Of a DNA stretch of 64,000 nt, positions 40,245 through 50,438 are shown piece after piece. Where the stretch lies: the NCBI GenBank assembly GCA_018897435.1, contig JAHIKI010000063.1, positions 16-64,015 on the forward strand, read 5' to 3'. The position numbers and the translations under genes are program-made. The notes under the pieces were generated by a model. It was given only the letters and a program-made list of their open reading frames with translations. It made no database searches and was not told the origin of the DNA. Origin of the DNA: Acidobacteriota bacterium (GTDB taxonomy: Bacteria; Acidobacteriota; Aminicenantia; UBA2199). Position 1 is the first letter of the stretch, and each line of letters opens with the position of its first letter.

Positions 40245-41423
40245 GTGACTACTTCACGAATTGTTAATATTTCGGAAAATCTAGTAGCTCAAATAAATTC
40301 TAATATTTTTTTTCAAGAATTCACTTTTCAGAAAAACGAATTCTACCCTCCTGATACAAAAATTGAACTTCAATTAGCTGATAATGTTGTTTGGATTGAT
40401 GACTTACTTTTTATTTTTCAGATAAAAGATAGAAATAAAGATAGCTTATGTGATTCATCTAGTGAGTCAAAATGGTATCAAAATAAAGTAATAAAAAAGG
40501 GAGTTAGTCAGATAAAAGATACATTAGAATATTTTTCTAAGTACCCTCAAATTATTATCCAAAATGAAAGAGGATATAAAATAGATGTAGCAAAAGCAAA
40601 ACAAACTTTCATAAAAAATATTATTATTTTTAACCCAAATGAAAAATTTCCAGACGATCTTAGGTTCAACAAATTTCATGAAAGTAGAACAGCAGGGATA
40701 ATTCATCTTTTTCATATTGAAGATTATTTTAATATTTGTAAATATTTGATTACTCCATCTGAAATCAACGAATATCTTGAGTTCAGAGAAAAAATATATC
40801 TTAAACATAAATGTATTATAAACAATTTTCCTGAACAATACGTTTTGGGTCATTTTCTTGAAACGAGTGATATTTCTTTCATTAAACCTGAATATGTTGA
40901 AACTCTTAAGAGATTTAAACAAGAGTATTCAAATGATATTTTATTTTCAATTATTAAAATTTTTCGTGATAATACTGAAACTTATGAAAAAAAAGATGAT
41001 TATTTTTATATCCTAAAAGAAATAGCAAAACTTAAAAGAAATGAGTTTAAAGAATTTCAAAAACGATTTTTTATTTCTATTGAAAAATGTAATGAACAGA
41101 ATATCGTAGTTCCATATAGAATTTCTTTTCCAAGGATCAATTGTGGTTTTGTGTTTATCCCTTTAGCAAAAAAAAATTCAAATAATTGGAAAATAGCATT
41201 GCATAACTACACCATGGTTCACAAGTATGATCAAAAGCTTTCCAAATGTATTGGAATAATCTTTTTTAAAAGTTCTAACTCAAGATTGTCTTATGAAGTA
41301 TTCTGGGAATATGTTGAGATCGACTGGACTTATAATGAAGAAATGGAAAAAGTAATAAAGGAAAAATTTCCTTTTAGAGAAATACATGAGCACGAATTAG
41401 AAAGATATGAATTTGATAAATAA
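40245..41423 (+). CDS. hypothetical protein, very AT-rich, possible PD-(D/E)xK-like motif
   Basis: 392 aa. GTG start 5 nt after the res stop. IELQLADNVVWIDDLLFIFQIKDR could be a D...(E/Q)-x-K nuclease core. Composition differs strikingly from mod/res. Confidence 0.5.
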   Translation: MTTSRIVNISENLVAQINSNIFFQEFTFQKNEFYPPDTKIELQLADNVVWIDDLLFIFQIKDRNKDSLCDSSSESKWYQNKVIKKGVSQIKDTLEYFSKYPQIIIQNERGYKIDVAKAKQTFIKNIIIFNPNEKFPDDLRFNKFHESRTAGIIHLFHIEDYFNICKYLITPSEINEYLEFREKIYLKHKCIINNFPEQYVLGHFLETSDISFIKPEYVETLKRFKQEYSNDILFSIIKIFRDNTETYEKKDDYFYILKEIAKLKRNEFKEFQKRFFISIEKCNEQNIVVPYRISFPRINCGFVFIPLAKKNSNNWKIALHNYTMVHKYDQKLSKCIGIIFFKSSNSRLSYEVFWEYVEIDWTYNEEMEKVIKEKFPFREIHEHELERYEFDK

Positions 41424-41597
41424 GACATCAAGATCAGATTTTTCATTATATCGGATTATGCTTAAATGACAAGTTTAGCTGGACAAAATAGAAGAAAATT
41501 AAACCATTTGCTACGAGTGTGGTAGGTCGGGATTCAATTGTTGCATTATTTACAATGGTTCAAAAAAATGATCCCGTCGCGGTTGCTGAAATAAAGT

Positions 41598-43040
41598 TCA
41601 AGCCAGGTTTTTTAGATATTCGATCAGCAGGCGCACGCCGAAGCCGGTCGCCCCTTCAGCGGCTAGACAGAAATTTGGCTTGCTCAGGAAAGCTGTGCCG
41701 GCGATATCCAAATGGGCGAAGGGAATATTGCCGACAAATTCATGTAAAAACAGGCCGGCCTTGATCGAGGAGGCGCCTTTATAGTTGGCGTTTTTCAGGT
41801 CGGCGATCTTGGAAGTGATGCTTTCCCGGTATTCAATGGGCAGCGGCATTTGCCAGAGCAGCTCCCCGCAGTTTTCGGCCGCCTGCAGCAGCCCGGCGTT
41901 CAGTTTCTTGTTGCGGCAGAACAGCCCGGCATAGGAGTCGCCCAGGGCGGTGATGATGGCCCCGGTCAAAGTGGAGAGTTCGATGATCATATCCGGCTTC
42001 TGCCGGGAGGCCATGATCAGGGCGTCGGCCAGGATCAGGCGGCCTTCGGCGTCGGTGTTGACGATCTCAACGGTTTTCTTGTTGGCGTAAGTGATGATGT
42101 CTCCCGGTTTGTAGGCCCGGCGTCCGGGCATATTTTCGGCCAGGGCCGCGAATCCGATCACCCTGATTGGCAGTTCCAGTGCGGCCACAGTGTTCAGGAT
42201 ACCCAATACGGCGGCGGCGCCAGCCATGTCGCTTTTCATTTCCTCCATGCTGTTTCCCGGTTTCAGGTTCAAACCGCCGGCATCGAATGTGATCCCCTTG
42301 CCGACCAGGGCCACGGTCCGCGTATAACTTTTCGGGATATGGGACAGGGTGAGCAGGGCCGGAGAACAGCATGAGGAGGCGCCCACGGCGAGCAAGCCGT
42401 TCAGACCCAGTTCCTCCAGTTCCTTTTTACGATAAACTGCCAGTTGCAGATGATTTTTTCCGGCGCTGTCGCTAAAAACCTGCACCAGTGAATCCGGGGT
42501 AATCTTGGCCGGAATCTCGTTGACCAGGTCGCGGGCCAGGGTCACCTGGCGCTGAATGATCTCCCGGGCCTTAAGGTCATTGTTGCTCAAAGCAGCCGGT
42601 TTTTTCAATACCAACTGGATCCTGTCGACAGCCTTGTTTTTTTTTCTTTTATAGCGGTCGAAGCGGTAATTGTTCAGGTGCAGATAATCGACAAGGTTGA
42701 CCAGGTAGCCATGGGAGTACGGACCAGGCGGGATAAAATAAACCAGGGCCTTGCTGACGCGGTTTTCCCGCAAAAGGGTCATGGTTTTGCAGGCCAGTTT
42801 CCGGGCGTCGGGCAGTGAACCGCGGCGTCCGGCCCCGACCAGCAGGAACAGCCGCTGCTGCTGCAGCGAGTGGCAAACCTGCGCTTCGCTGGACGCGCCC
42901 TTGATTTTTTTGTCGCGGTCGAGAAATTTCAATTCGGGAAATTCCTGCCAAATCGCTGCCAGAGTCGTTCCCTGGAAAACGGGAATGACCACGGCGGCAT
43001 GCTCTTCCGGTTTGTAGTTGTTCTTTTTTACGATCTTCAT
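41598..43040 (-). CDS. pepA: leucyl aminopeptidase (M17)
   Basis: 480 aa. The NTDAEGRL signature and VGKGITFDAGG. Confidence 0.92.
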   Translation of the reverse strand: MKIVKKNNYKPEEHAAVVIPVFQGTTLAAIWQEFPELKFLDRDKKIKGASSEAQVCHSLQQQRLFLLVGAGRRGSLPDARKLACKTMTLLRENRVSKALVYFIPPGPYSHGYLVNLVDYLHLNNYRFDRYKRKKNKAVDRIQLVLKKPAALSNNDLKAREIIQRQVTLARDLVNEIPAKITPDSLVQVFSDSAGKNHLQLAVYRKKELEELGLNGLLAVGASSCCSPALLTLSHIPKSYTRTVALVGKGITFDAGGLNLKPGNSMEEMKSDMAGAAAVLGILNTVAALELPIRVIGFAALAENMPGRRAYKPGDIITYANKKTVEIVNTDAEGRLILADALIMASRQKPDMIIELSTLTGAIITALGDSYAGLFCRNKKLNAGLLQAAENCGELLWQMPLPIEYRESITSKIADLKNANYKGASSIKAGLFLHEFVGNIPFAHLDIAGTAFLSKPNFCLAAEGATGFGVRLLIEYLKNLA

Positions 43041-43996
43041 TTTTTTTCTCTTTTTTTGTCACTTGGGTCCACGAAGTGATCGAAACCGAGATGGGAAATT
43101 TTAAGCGGGCGCCCTTTTTCAAGGACGCGCAGGCGGCGCTGCTTGGTGGTTTTCCCGATCAGGTGGTAGGTCATCCCGGTTTGTCGCAAGCGGCTTTCCT
43201 GGATCGGGGATATGGCGAACAGCAGCTGGTAGTCTTCCCCGCCGGCCAGAACCAGTTCTTTCTCCGCATAATTTTTTTGCCGGCACAGACGCTGGAAGCG
43301 CCGGGAAACCGGAAGCTTCTCATAATCGATCTCGGCACCCACGCCCGAGGCCTGGAGCAGCCGGGAAAGATCGAGCAGCAGGCCGTCGGAAAGGTCGATC
43401 ATAGCGTGGGCGTACTTGGCCAGCAGCAGCCCTTTCTCACATTGGGGTTCGGGACGTTTGTGGAGGCGGATGAAGGGGGAATCTTTTTCGCCCGCCAGCA
43501 GCAATTTCAGGCCCAGGGCCGATCCCCCGGTTGGGCCGGTAATGGCGATCCAGTCGCCGGGTCGGGCGCCGCTGCGCAAAACCGGTTTTTCACTTTGGCC
43601 GACAATGGTGACGGCAATGACCATTTTTTTTGAACGCGAATAATCGCCGCCGGCCAGATCCACCTGCCATTTTTTTGCGGCCCTGCTCAGACCTGAAAAA
43701 AAAGCGTGCAATTTTTCGGAGCGCAGTCCATCCGGAAAACCCAGGCCAATGTAAAAATATTGTGCCTGTCCGCCCATGGCCGCGATGTCGGAGATGTTCA
43801 CCGCCAGGGACTTTTCAGCCAATTCGGCCAGAGATAGATCCTGCAGACGGAAGTGGATGTCTTCGATCAAAATGTCGGTGCTAATCAGCTGGAAATATTT
43901 GCCGAGCTTGACCACCGACGCGTCGTCGCCGATACCCAGACCGCTGTGGAATGGGAATTTGTCTTTCAGGTAGGCGACGAATTGTCTCTCATCCAT
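43037..43996 (-). CDS. thiL: thiamine-monophosphate kinase
   Basis: GIGDDASVV N-terminal motif with an AIR-synthase-related fold. ATGA overlap with pepA. Confidence 0.88.
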   Translation of the reverse strand: MDERQFVAYLKDKFPFHSGLGIGDDASVVKLGKYFQLISTDILIEDIHFRLQDLSLAELAEKSLAVNISDIAAMGGQAQYFYIGLGFPDGLRSEKLHAFFSGLSRAAKKWQVDLAGGDYSRSKKMVIAVTIVGQSEKPVLRSGARPGDWIAITGPTGGSALGLKLLLAGEKDSPFIRLHKRPEPQCEKGLLLAKYAHAMIDLSDGLLLDLSRLLQASGVGAEIDYEKLPVSRRFQRLCRQKNYAEKELVLAGGEDYQLLFAISPIQESRLRQTGMTYHLIGKTTKQRRLRVLEKGRPLKISHLGFDHFVDPSDKKREKK

Positions 43997-46380
43997 TAAA
44001 ATATTTTTTTGACCAGGGCGGCGTTAACCGCCTCTTTGAAGTCATGGATAAATATAAAATTCATTAATCGGATGTGGCCGTCCTTGAGTTCGCTCAAGTC
44101 CTTTTTGTTTTTCTCCGGCAGGATAATTGTCTTGATCCCGGCCCGGCGCGCGGACAGCACTTTTTCCTTGATGCCGCCCACCGGCAGTACTTTGCCGCGC
44201 AGGGTGATCTCTCCGGTCATGGCGATCTCGCGGTTCACGGCGATACCGGTAAACGCCGAGATTAGCGCCGTGGTCAGGGTGATTCCGGCCGAAGGTCCGT
44301 CCTTGGGAATGCCTCCCTCAGGAATGTGAATGTGGATATCGTTCTTTTCGAACTTTTCGGGAGCGAGCTGCAGCTGGGCGGATGAGGCCTTGATCAGGCT
44401 CAAAGCGGCGCTGGCCGATTCCTTCATGACGTCGCCGAGGGATCCGGTCAGGATCAGGGTCCCTTTGCCCGGGATCAGCTTGACCTCAATGAAAAGGATG
44501 TCCCCGCCATAGGGCGTCCAGGCCATGCCTGTGGCCACGCCCACCGAGTTTTCCTCCAGCAGTTGGTCGCGGAACAGCTTGGGGATGCCGGCGTATTTTT
44601 CCAGGTTGCGGATGGTGATCTTATATAGTTTCTTTTCACCCAGAGCCACTTTGTGAGCCACTTTGCGGCAGATGCCGCCGATTTCCCTTTCCAGGTTGCG
44701 CACCCCCGCTTCCCGCGTGTACAGGGCGATGATGTTTTTCAGCGCCCCGGCGGTGAATTCGATCAAATGCGAGTTCAAGCCGTTGGTTTCGACCTGGCGC
44801 GGGATCAGGTGGCGGCGGGCGATCTCGATTTTTTCTTCCTCTGTATAGCCGTGGATTTCGATGACCTCCATGCGGTCGCGGAAAGCGGGCTGGATTGGCT
44901 CCAGAAGGTTGGCTGTGGTGATGAACAGGACCTTGGAAAGGTCGAACGGCACCCCCAGGTAGTGGTCGGTGAAGGAGTTGTTCTGCTCGGGGTCCAAGAC
45001 TTCCAGAAGGGCCGAGGAGGGGTCGCCGCGGAAATCCATGCCGATCTTGTCCACTTCATCCATCATGAACACAGGGTTGTTGCTGGCGGCATTTTTCAAT
45101 TCCTGGATGATCTTGCCGGGCAGGGCTCCGACGTAGGTGCGCCGGTGGCCGCGGATTTCGGCTTCGTCGCGCACCCCGCCCAGTGAAATGCGCACGAACT
45201 TTTTGTTCAGGGCGCGGGCGATGGACTTGCCCAGGGAAGTTTTTCCCACTCCGGGCGGGCCGACGAAACACAGGATCGGCCCGTGGGCCTTGGAGGTCAG
45301 CTTACGGACAGCCAGATATTCCAATATCCTTTCCTTTACTTTTTCCAGTCCGTAGTGGTCCTGGTTCAATATGCTCTTGGCTCGTTTCAAGTTCATGTTG
45401 TCTTTGCTGGCGGTCCCCCAGGGCAGTTCGAACATCCAGTCCAGATAGGTCCGGGTTACGGTGCTTTCGGCAGATTCCGGATGCATTTTTTTCAGACGGT
45501 CGATATTTTTCTCGGTTTCCTTGCGGGCAGCTTCCGGCATTTTCACTTCTTCCAGCTTTTTCAGGTAACTGTTGATCTCGTCGATATTCTCGGCCTCTTC
45601 ACCCAATTCTTTTTTGATGGCCTTCAATTGCTGGCGCAGGAAATACTCTTTTTGATTCTTGTCCATCTCGCCCTGGGCTTTGATGTTGATCTGGTTCTGC
45701 ACGTTCAGCATTTCGATTTCATAATTCAGATATTCGTGGATCTTGGCCAGTCTTTTAAGTGAATTCTTCTCTGCCAGGATTTTCTGGGATTCCTCGATCT
45801 TCAATTCCAGGTTGGAGGCGATGATATCAGCCAGTTTGCCCGGTTCTTCTATGTTTTCGGCTATGATCAGGATCTCGTTGGAGATCTGTTTTCCCAGCTT
45901 GCTGACCTGTTCGAATTTTTGGCGTACATTCTTGATCATGGCTTTGTTTTCCAGCGTCAGCTCGGCCGGTTCTTCGTCTTCCACTTGCATGACCTCGGCC
46001 TGCATAATTTTGCCGTCGTCGATCAGTGTCCGTACTTTGACCCGGGAAACACCCTGGATGAGCACGCGCATGCGGCCGTCGGGGAGCTTGAGCATGCGCA
46101 CGATCAGGGCCACGGTCCCGGATTGATACAATTGCTCTTCACTGGGGTCTTCCACGTTCATGTCTTTCTGGGTCAGCAGCAGGATCAAGCGGTCGCTGTT
46201 CAGGGCCGCATCGACGGCCTTTTTGGATTTGGCGCGCCCGACATAAAGGGGTACGATCATATAGGGGAAAACCACGATATCGCGTAAAACCAGCACGGAC
46301 AGGCTTTCAGGGACCTTGATTTTATCCAATTTCTCCTCTTGTTCCTGCCCGGCATGGATGTTTTTTTGTTCTTCGGCCAT
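43996..46380 (-). CDS. lon: ATP-dependent Lon protease (copy 2)
   Basis: 794 aa. [10 protein letters not shown] and the catalytic [10 protein letters not shown] motif. Sits downstream of hsp20. Confidence 0.95.
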   Translation of the reverse strand: MAEEQKNIHAGQEQEEKLDKIKVPESLSVLVLRDIVVFPYMIVPLYVGRAKSKKAVDAALNSDRLILLLTQKDMNVEDPSEEQLYQSGTVALIVRMLKLPDGRMRVLIQGVSRVKVRTLIDDGKIMQAEVMQVEDEEPAELTLENKAMIKNVRQKFEQVSKLGKQISNEILIIAENIEEPGKLADIIASNLELKIEESQKILAEKNSLKRLAKIHEYLNYEIEMLNVQNQINIKAQGEMDKNQKEYFLRQQLKAIKKELGEEAENIDEINSYLKKLEEVKMPEAARKETEKNIDRLKKMHPESAESTVTRTYLDWMFELPWGTASKDNMNLKRAKSILNQDHYGLEKVKERILEYLAVRKLTSKAHGPILCFVGPPGVGKTSLGKSIARALNKKFVRISLGGVRDEAEIRGHRRTYVGALPGKIIQELKNAASNNPVFMMDEVDKIGMDFRGDPSSALLEVLDPEQNNSFTDHYLGVPFDLSKVLFITTANLLEPIQPAFRDRMEVIEIHGYTEEEKIEIARRHLIPRQVETNGLNSHLIEFTAGALKNIIALYTREAGVRNLEREIGGICRKVAHKVALGEKKLYKITIRNLEKYAGIPKLFRDQLLEENSVGVATGMAWTPYGGDILFIEVKLIPGKGTLILTGSLGDVMKESASAALSLIKASSAQLQLAPEKFEKNDIHIHIPEGGIPKDGPSAGITLTTALISAFTGIAVNREIAMTGEITLRGKVLPVGGIKEKVLSARRAGIKTIILPEKNKKDLSELKDGHIRLMNFIFIHDFKEAVNAALVKKIF

Positions 46381-46391
46381 GCGCCACCTCG

Positions 46392-46793
46392 TTACTTGAT
46401 TTCAACCGAAATCTTGGACACGACTTTCTTGCTGACTTCTATGGTCAGAACCCCGTTTTCCATGAGCGATTTGATCTTGCTGGTATCGAGCGGGAAATCA
46501 ATGACGATCTTTTTGAAAAAAGTGCCGAACTCACGCTCGAACAGATAGTAGGTCACGGAGTCGTGTTCCAGACGCGGTTGGTTTTTCACTCCCTTGACGA
46601 TCAGCTCCTGGTTGTTAAGCAGGGTGATGGCCACATCGCTTTTGTTGACTCCGGGCAGCTCCATTTCGATAATCAGTGAATCGCGGGTTTCGATGATATT
46701 GGTATTGGGCTTCCAGTCGATATGGGTGCTGATCCCCGAAGGATAGTTCTTGCTGATCTCTATCTCAAAAAAAGGATAATTTTTTTTTGCCAT
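46392..46793 (-). CDS. Hsp20/alpha-crystallin family small heat-shock protein
   Basis: 133 aa. ELPGVNKSDVAITL ... GVLTIEV alpha-crystallin domain. Confidence 0.85.
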   Translation of the reverse strand: MAKKNYPFFEIEISKNYPSGISTHIDWKPNTNIIETRDSLIIEMELPGVNKSDVAITLLNNQELIVKGVKNQPRLEHDSVTYYLFEREFGTFFKKIVIDFPLDTSKIKSLMENGVLTIEVSKKVVSKISVEIK

Positions 46794-47249
46794 TCACTCC
46801 TCCTTTTTCAAAAGGCTGTGCAATTCGGTCAGGAACTCCTCCAGGCTTTTGAATTCCAGATAAACAGAAGCAAAGCGTACGTAAGCCACCTTGTCCAGTT
46901 TTTTTAATTTTTCCATGATCATGGCCCCGATCTTGAAGGTGGGGATCTCGCGGTCCGAGCGCGAGAAAAATTCCTCGACCTGACGGGCCAGCTGCTCGAT
47001 CTGCTTGGTCTGGACCGGCCTTTTTTCCAGGGCCCGGTACAATCCTTTGCGGATCTTATCCATGTCGAACGGTTCGCGCCGATCGTCCTTTTTGACCACC
47101 ATCAACGGGATATCCTCGATCTTTTCGTAGGTGGTGAATCTCTTGCCGCAATGGAGGCATTCGCGGCGGCGCCTGATATATCCCCCGTCCTTACTTTCAC
47201 GGGTTTCGATCACCTTATCGTTGATTTCAGTGCATTGCGGACAGTTCAT
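46794..47249 (-). CDS. nrdR: transcriptional repressor NrdR
   Basis: MNCPQCTEINDKVIETRES...RRRRECLHCGKRFTTYE zinc ribbon plus an ATP-cone. Confidence 0.95.
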   Translation of the reverse strand: MNCPQCTEINDKVIETRESKDGGYIRRRRECLHCGKRFTTYEKIEDIPLMVVKKDDRREPFDMDKIRKGLYRALEKRPVQTKQIEQLARQVEEFFSRSDREIPTFKIGAMIMEKLKKLDKVAYVRFASVYLEFKSLEEFLTELHSLLKKEE

Positions 47250-48252
47250 CTTTTTTCCTCAATTGGCCAATGATTTTGAAACTCAGGCCTTCACGCCAGA
47301 AGGCGATCAGGCCAAGAACGATCGGAGGCAGCAGCAGCAGGAAATGGAACAGGAGGGTGAACGCCACAGCTGTTTTGGCCGTGACTCCGAAAAGCCCCAG
47401 CAAAGCATATTTTGATGCCAGGTCCAGGCTGCCGGCCATGCCCGGTGTGGGTATGGCCGCGGCGACAAAGATAACGGCCAAGAAAGGGATGGTGGATGGC
47501 AGGTCCAGGCCGATGCCGGCGAATCCCTGCATCAGCAGCCAATACGAAACGAGGATGATGATCCAGTGCAGCAGGGAGAAAAAAAACACTTGCGCCATGC
47601 TCACCCAACCCAAGTTCAAATGCAGGGCTTTGACAAAATGAACAACCGCAGCGCTCGCCTTGGCGCGAAACCCGGAGGGCAGGATTCGCGATAGCCAATG
47701 GATGAGCTTTTCGGTCTTGGGGAAGAATTTTTCAGAATTGGCCAGGGTGATAAGGAGGAAGATCAAAAAAACCAGTGGCAGGAGCAGAAAGGCTATTGTT
47801 TTTAATTTGATCAGGACGGGTGATGGTTTTCCCAGACCGGAAACCAGATAGAGAACCAGCAGCAGCAGGACTGTGAGCAGGTCGAACAGCCGTTCATTGA
47901 TAATGGTGGCGATGGCCTGACTCTTTTTGATTTTTTCCTTTTCGGCCAACATCACCGGCCGGGCTATTTCTCCCAGCCGGCCCGGTAGCAAATAGGAGAT
48001 CATGAACCCGATCAGGGAAAAATTCCATAGGCTACGGAAGGCGATACGTTTCTTGAATGGCTTCAGCAGCAGCCCCCAGCGGTAAGAGCGTACGTAAAAT
48101 TGCGGCAGGGACAAGAGTATGAACATCAGCGGGTAGCGGACGGGGATTGCCCGCCAGATACTTTTTATTTCGTTAAAGTTGATACGATTTATGAAAAGCC
48201 AGATGAAAAACACCGACAGGGCGCTGATTAGTAACAGTTTCCAAAGTTTCAT
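47227..48252 (-). CDS. UPF0104 / lysylphosphatidylglycerol-synthase-TM-region-like (flippase-like) membrane protein
   Basis: 341 aa with ~8 TM helices. LPGRLGEIARP motif typical of this family. Confidence 0.7.
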   Translation of the reverse strand: MKLWKLLLISALSVFFIWLFINRINFNEIKSIWRAIPVRYPLMFILLSLPQFYVRSYRWGLLLKPFKKRIAFRSLWNFSLIGFMISYLLPGRLGEIARPVMLAEKEKIKKSQAIATIINERLFDLLTVLLLLVLYLVSGLGKPSPVLIKLKTIAFLLLPLVFLIFLLITLANSEKFFPKTEKLIHWLSRILPSGFRAKASAAVVHFVKALHLNLGWVSMAQVFFFSLLHWIIILVSYWLLMQGFAGIGLDLPSTIPFLAVIFVAAAIPTPGMAGSLDLASKYALLGLFGVTAKTAVAFTLLFHFLLLLPPIVLGLIAFWREGLSFKIIGQLRKKDELSAMH

Positions 48253-48323
48253 ATGCCCGTAATACTAATATGAAGCATTGGGAATGTCAATCGGAATTGT
48301 CCTTGTCAAAAGCCGGGGGCGAA

Positions 48324-50438
48324 CTAGGCGCCGTGCTCGGGCAGGAACAGGATGAAGGTCGTGCCCTTGCCTTTTTTTACATCGATTTCGATCCAGCCGG
48401 AATTCTCCTCGATGGTCTCCTTGACTGTGGTCAGACCTAGACCGGTCCCTTTTTCGCCCTTGGTGGTGAAATAGGGTTCAAATATCTTGTTGATGATCCT
48501 TTCATCGATGCCGGTACCGTTGTCGGAAATTTTGATACGGACAAAGTTGTTTTCCGCCTTGGAAATAAAAATGCGGTCGACCGTGATGCCGATCAAACCT
48601 TTTTCGCGCTGGGCCGTCCATATGGTGTCCTTAGCGTTGATGAGCACGTTGAACAGCGCCAGCAGAAATTTTTCCTTGTTCATTAAAACGGTCAGTGAGC
48701 TATCTGCGAAATATTTTTCAACCTCTATGCTTTTCAGAACGGTTTTCCCCAGCAGATTGAGTACGGTTTCAATTGCGTCCCTTACATTCATGCTCTCTTT
48801 CTTCAGCTTCTCCTTTTTCGAAAAATCAAGAATGTCCTTGCCCAGGTTGTGAGCGCGCAGGGCCACATCCTCGATCAGAAGAGTGCGCTTGAAATTGGGG
48901 TGGCCTGTCCCCATCTCTTTTTTGAGAATGCTCAAATGGCCCAAAAGGCTGGTCATTAAATTGTTGAATTCATGGGTAAAGCGGCTGAGCAGTTCTCCGA
49001 GCGTTCCGAGTTTTTTGGCATGGAGCAGTTTTTCTTCCAGTTCGAATTTTTCGCTGATGTCCTCCATCTGCAGCACTTCGGCCGGGGCTCCGGGCAGGGG
49101 GATCTTGTAAAGGGTTAAACGCAGGATTTTTTCGCCACCCTGCTCATGAACCACCGAAAAGTTGTCATAAAAACATGGATTGCCGCTCAACAAGACCTTG
49201 AAATAGTCCTCTTTCAAGGGTTTGAACAAAGGTTGGCATTCAAAAAACTGTTTGTCCTTAAGCATAGACAGCGGCATTTGCAACAACTTTTCGGCAGCAG
49301 GGTTCATGGCGATCACTTCGGTGCTTTCGTTGCCGATGACGATGGCGGACGGGGAATGTTCGACAATCTTGGCGAAAAACTGCTGCAGTTCCCGGATCTC
49401 GTCGCGCTGGATCTTCAGTGAATCTGTCATTTTGTTGAAGACATTGGCCAGTTCTCCGATCTCATCCTTGGACTCAAGCTTCATACGGATATCGTAGTTG
49501 CCGCCAGCGATGGCTTCGGCACCTTGGGCCAGGTTGACGATGGGAGAAGTAAGCTTTTTACCCAGCAGGATACTGGTCAATATGACGAAAAAGCCAATTA
49601 ACAACGATACGGTAAGCAGGCTGGAAATGCCGACCTTTTTGGCCGCCATGATCTTTTCAATATTAACCGCGACAAAAATTTCCCCGACTTTTTGCTTGTG
49701 AAAATCTTCCACGTTGAAGACGTCGAGAAGATAACGGTCGCCGCCCGGTTGGAAACGGATCATTTCATCGGGATTGGCCTTGGCCAGACGCGGGAAAATC
49801 ATTTCGCCGTTGCTGTCGGTCAGGGTGGAAGTGAGGGGTCGGCCCAGGACATAGACCATGATGTCGGTTTTTGATTTTTCCTTGATCTGGTCTGTGAATT
49901 CCAAATTGAAGGGAATTTCCAGCATCAGGAACCCTTTGAGTCCGAAGGTTTCCTGGTCTATGATCGGGGATATGGCGGCCATGCAAAGGCTGTCGTCGAT
50001 CAGAAAAACTCCTGCTTCACGGATTAGCGGGTCTCTTTTTTTGTTTAAAAACGTAATTTTATCAAGATTCTTTTCCGTAATGTGACTGACCGATGAATTG
50101 TCATGGATCAGGACGATCCTTTCCGCCGGATCGAGTATTTTGATGTTGATATTGGAAAAAAAGAAACTCTTGAATTCCAGGGCCATGGCCAACTCATCCT
50201 GGTTGTCCGTGTTTTCGATGATCTCTTTCAATTCGGACAGGAATAACGCCTTGCGTACCAGGTCGCCGAGATTTTCCAGGAACACGCTTTCTGCCACTTT
50301 TTTGGCGGCGGCGATCTCCTCTTTGGCCATTTTTTCATACCTTTTGGAAATGGACAAGATAGAGAAATTCAGAGAGATGACCATGGAGAGGATGGCAATG
50401 AAAATAAGGGACAGAAAGAGTTTTGTTTTTATTTTCAT
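48324..50438 (-). CDS. sensor histidine kinase (periplasmic domain-HAMP-PAS-HisKA-HATPase)
   Basis: 704 aa with two TM segments flanking a ~250-aa extracytoplasmic domain. HAMP region IVNLAQGAEAIAGGNYD, H-box FTHEFNNLMTSLLGH, and ISDNGTGID / GTGLGL. Confidence 0.9.
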   Translation of the reverse strand: MKIKTKLFLSLIFIAILSMVISLNFSILSISKRYEKMAKEEIAAAKKVAESVFLENLGDLVRKALFLSELKEIIENTDNQDELAMALEFKSFFFSNINIKILDPAERIVLIHDNSSVSHITEKNLDKITFLNKKRDPLIREAGVFLIDDSLCMAAISPIIDQETFGLKGFLMLEIPFNLEFTDQIKEKSKTDIMVYVLGRPLTSTLTDSNGEMIFPRLAKANPDEMIRFQPGGDRYLLDVFNVEDFHKQKVGEIFVAVNIEKIMAAKKVGISSLLTVSLLIGFFVILTSILLGKKLTSPIVNLAQGAEAIAGGNYDIRMKLESKDEIGELANVFNKMTDSLKIQRDEIRELQQFFAKIVEHSPSAIVIGNESTEVIAMNPAAEKLLQMPLSMLKDKQFFECQPLFKPLKEDYFKVLLSGNPCFYDNFSVVHEQGGEKILRLTLYKIPLPGAPAEVLQMEDISEKFELEEKLLHAKKLGTLGELLSRFTHEFNNLMTSLLGHLSILKKEMGTGHPNFKRTLLIEDVALRAHNLGKDILDFSKKEKLKKESMNVRDAIETVLNLLGKTVLKSIEVEKYFADSSLTVLMNKEKFLLALFNVLINAKDTIWTAQREKGLIGITVDRIFISKAENNFVRIKISDNGTGIDERIINKIFEPYFTTKGEKGTGLGLTTVKETIEENSGWIEIDVKKGKGTTFILFLPEHGA

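Noticed and set aside
41424-41597. Search for att-like direct repeats or a tRNA at the right boundary of the R-M island (and at 33.9 kb).
   Set aside because: I found no convincing direct repeat shared by the two boundaries and no cloverleaf-compatible sequence. The island boundaries therefore rest on composition and gene content only.
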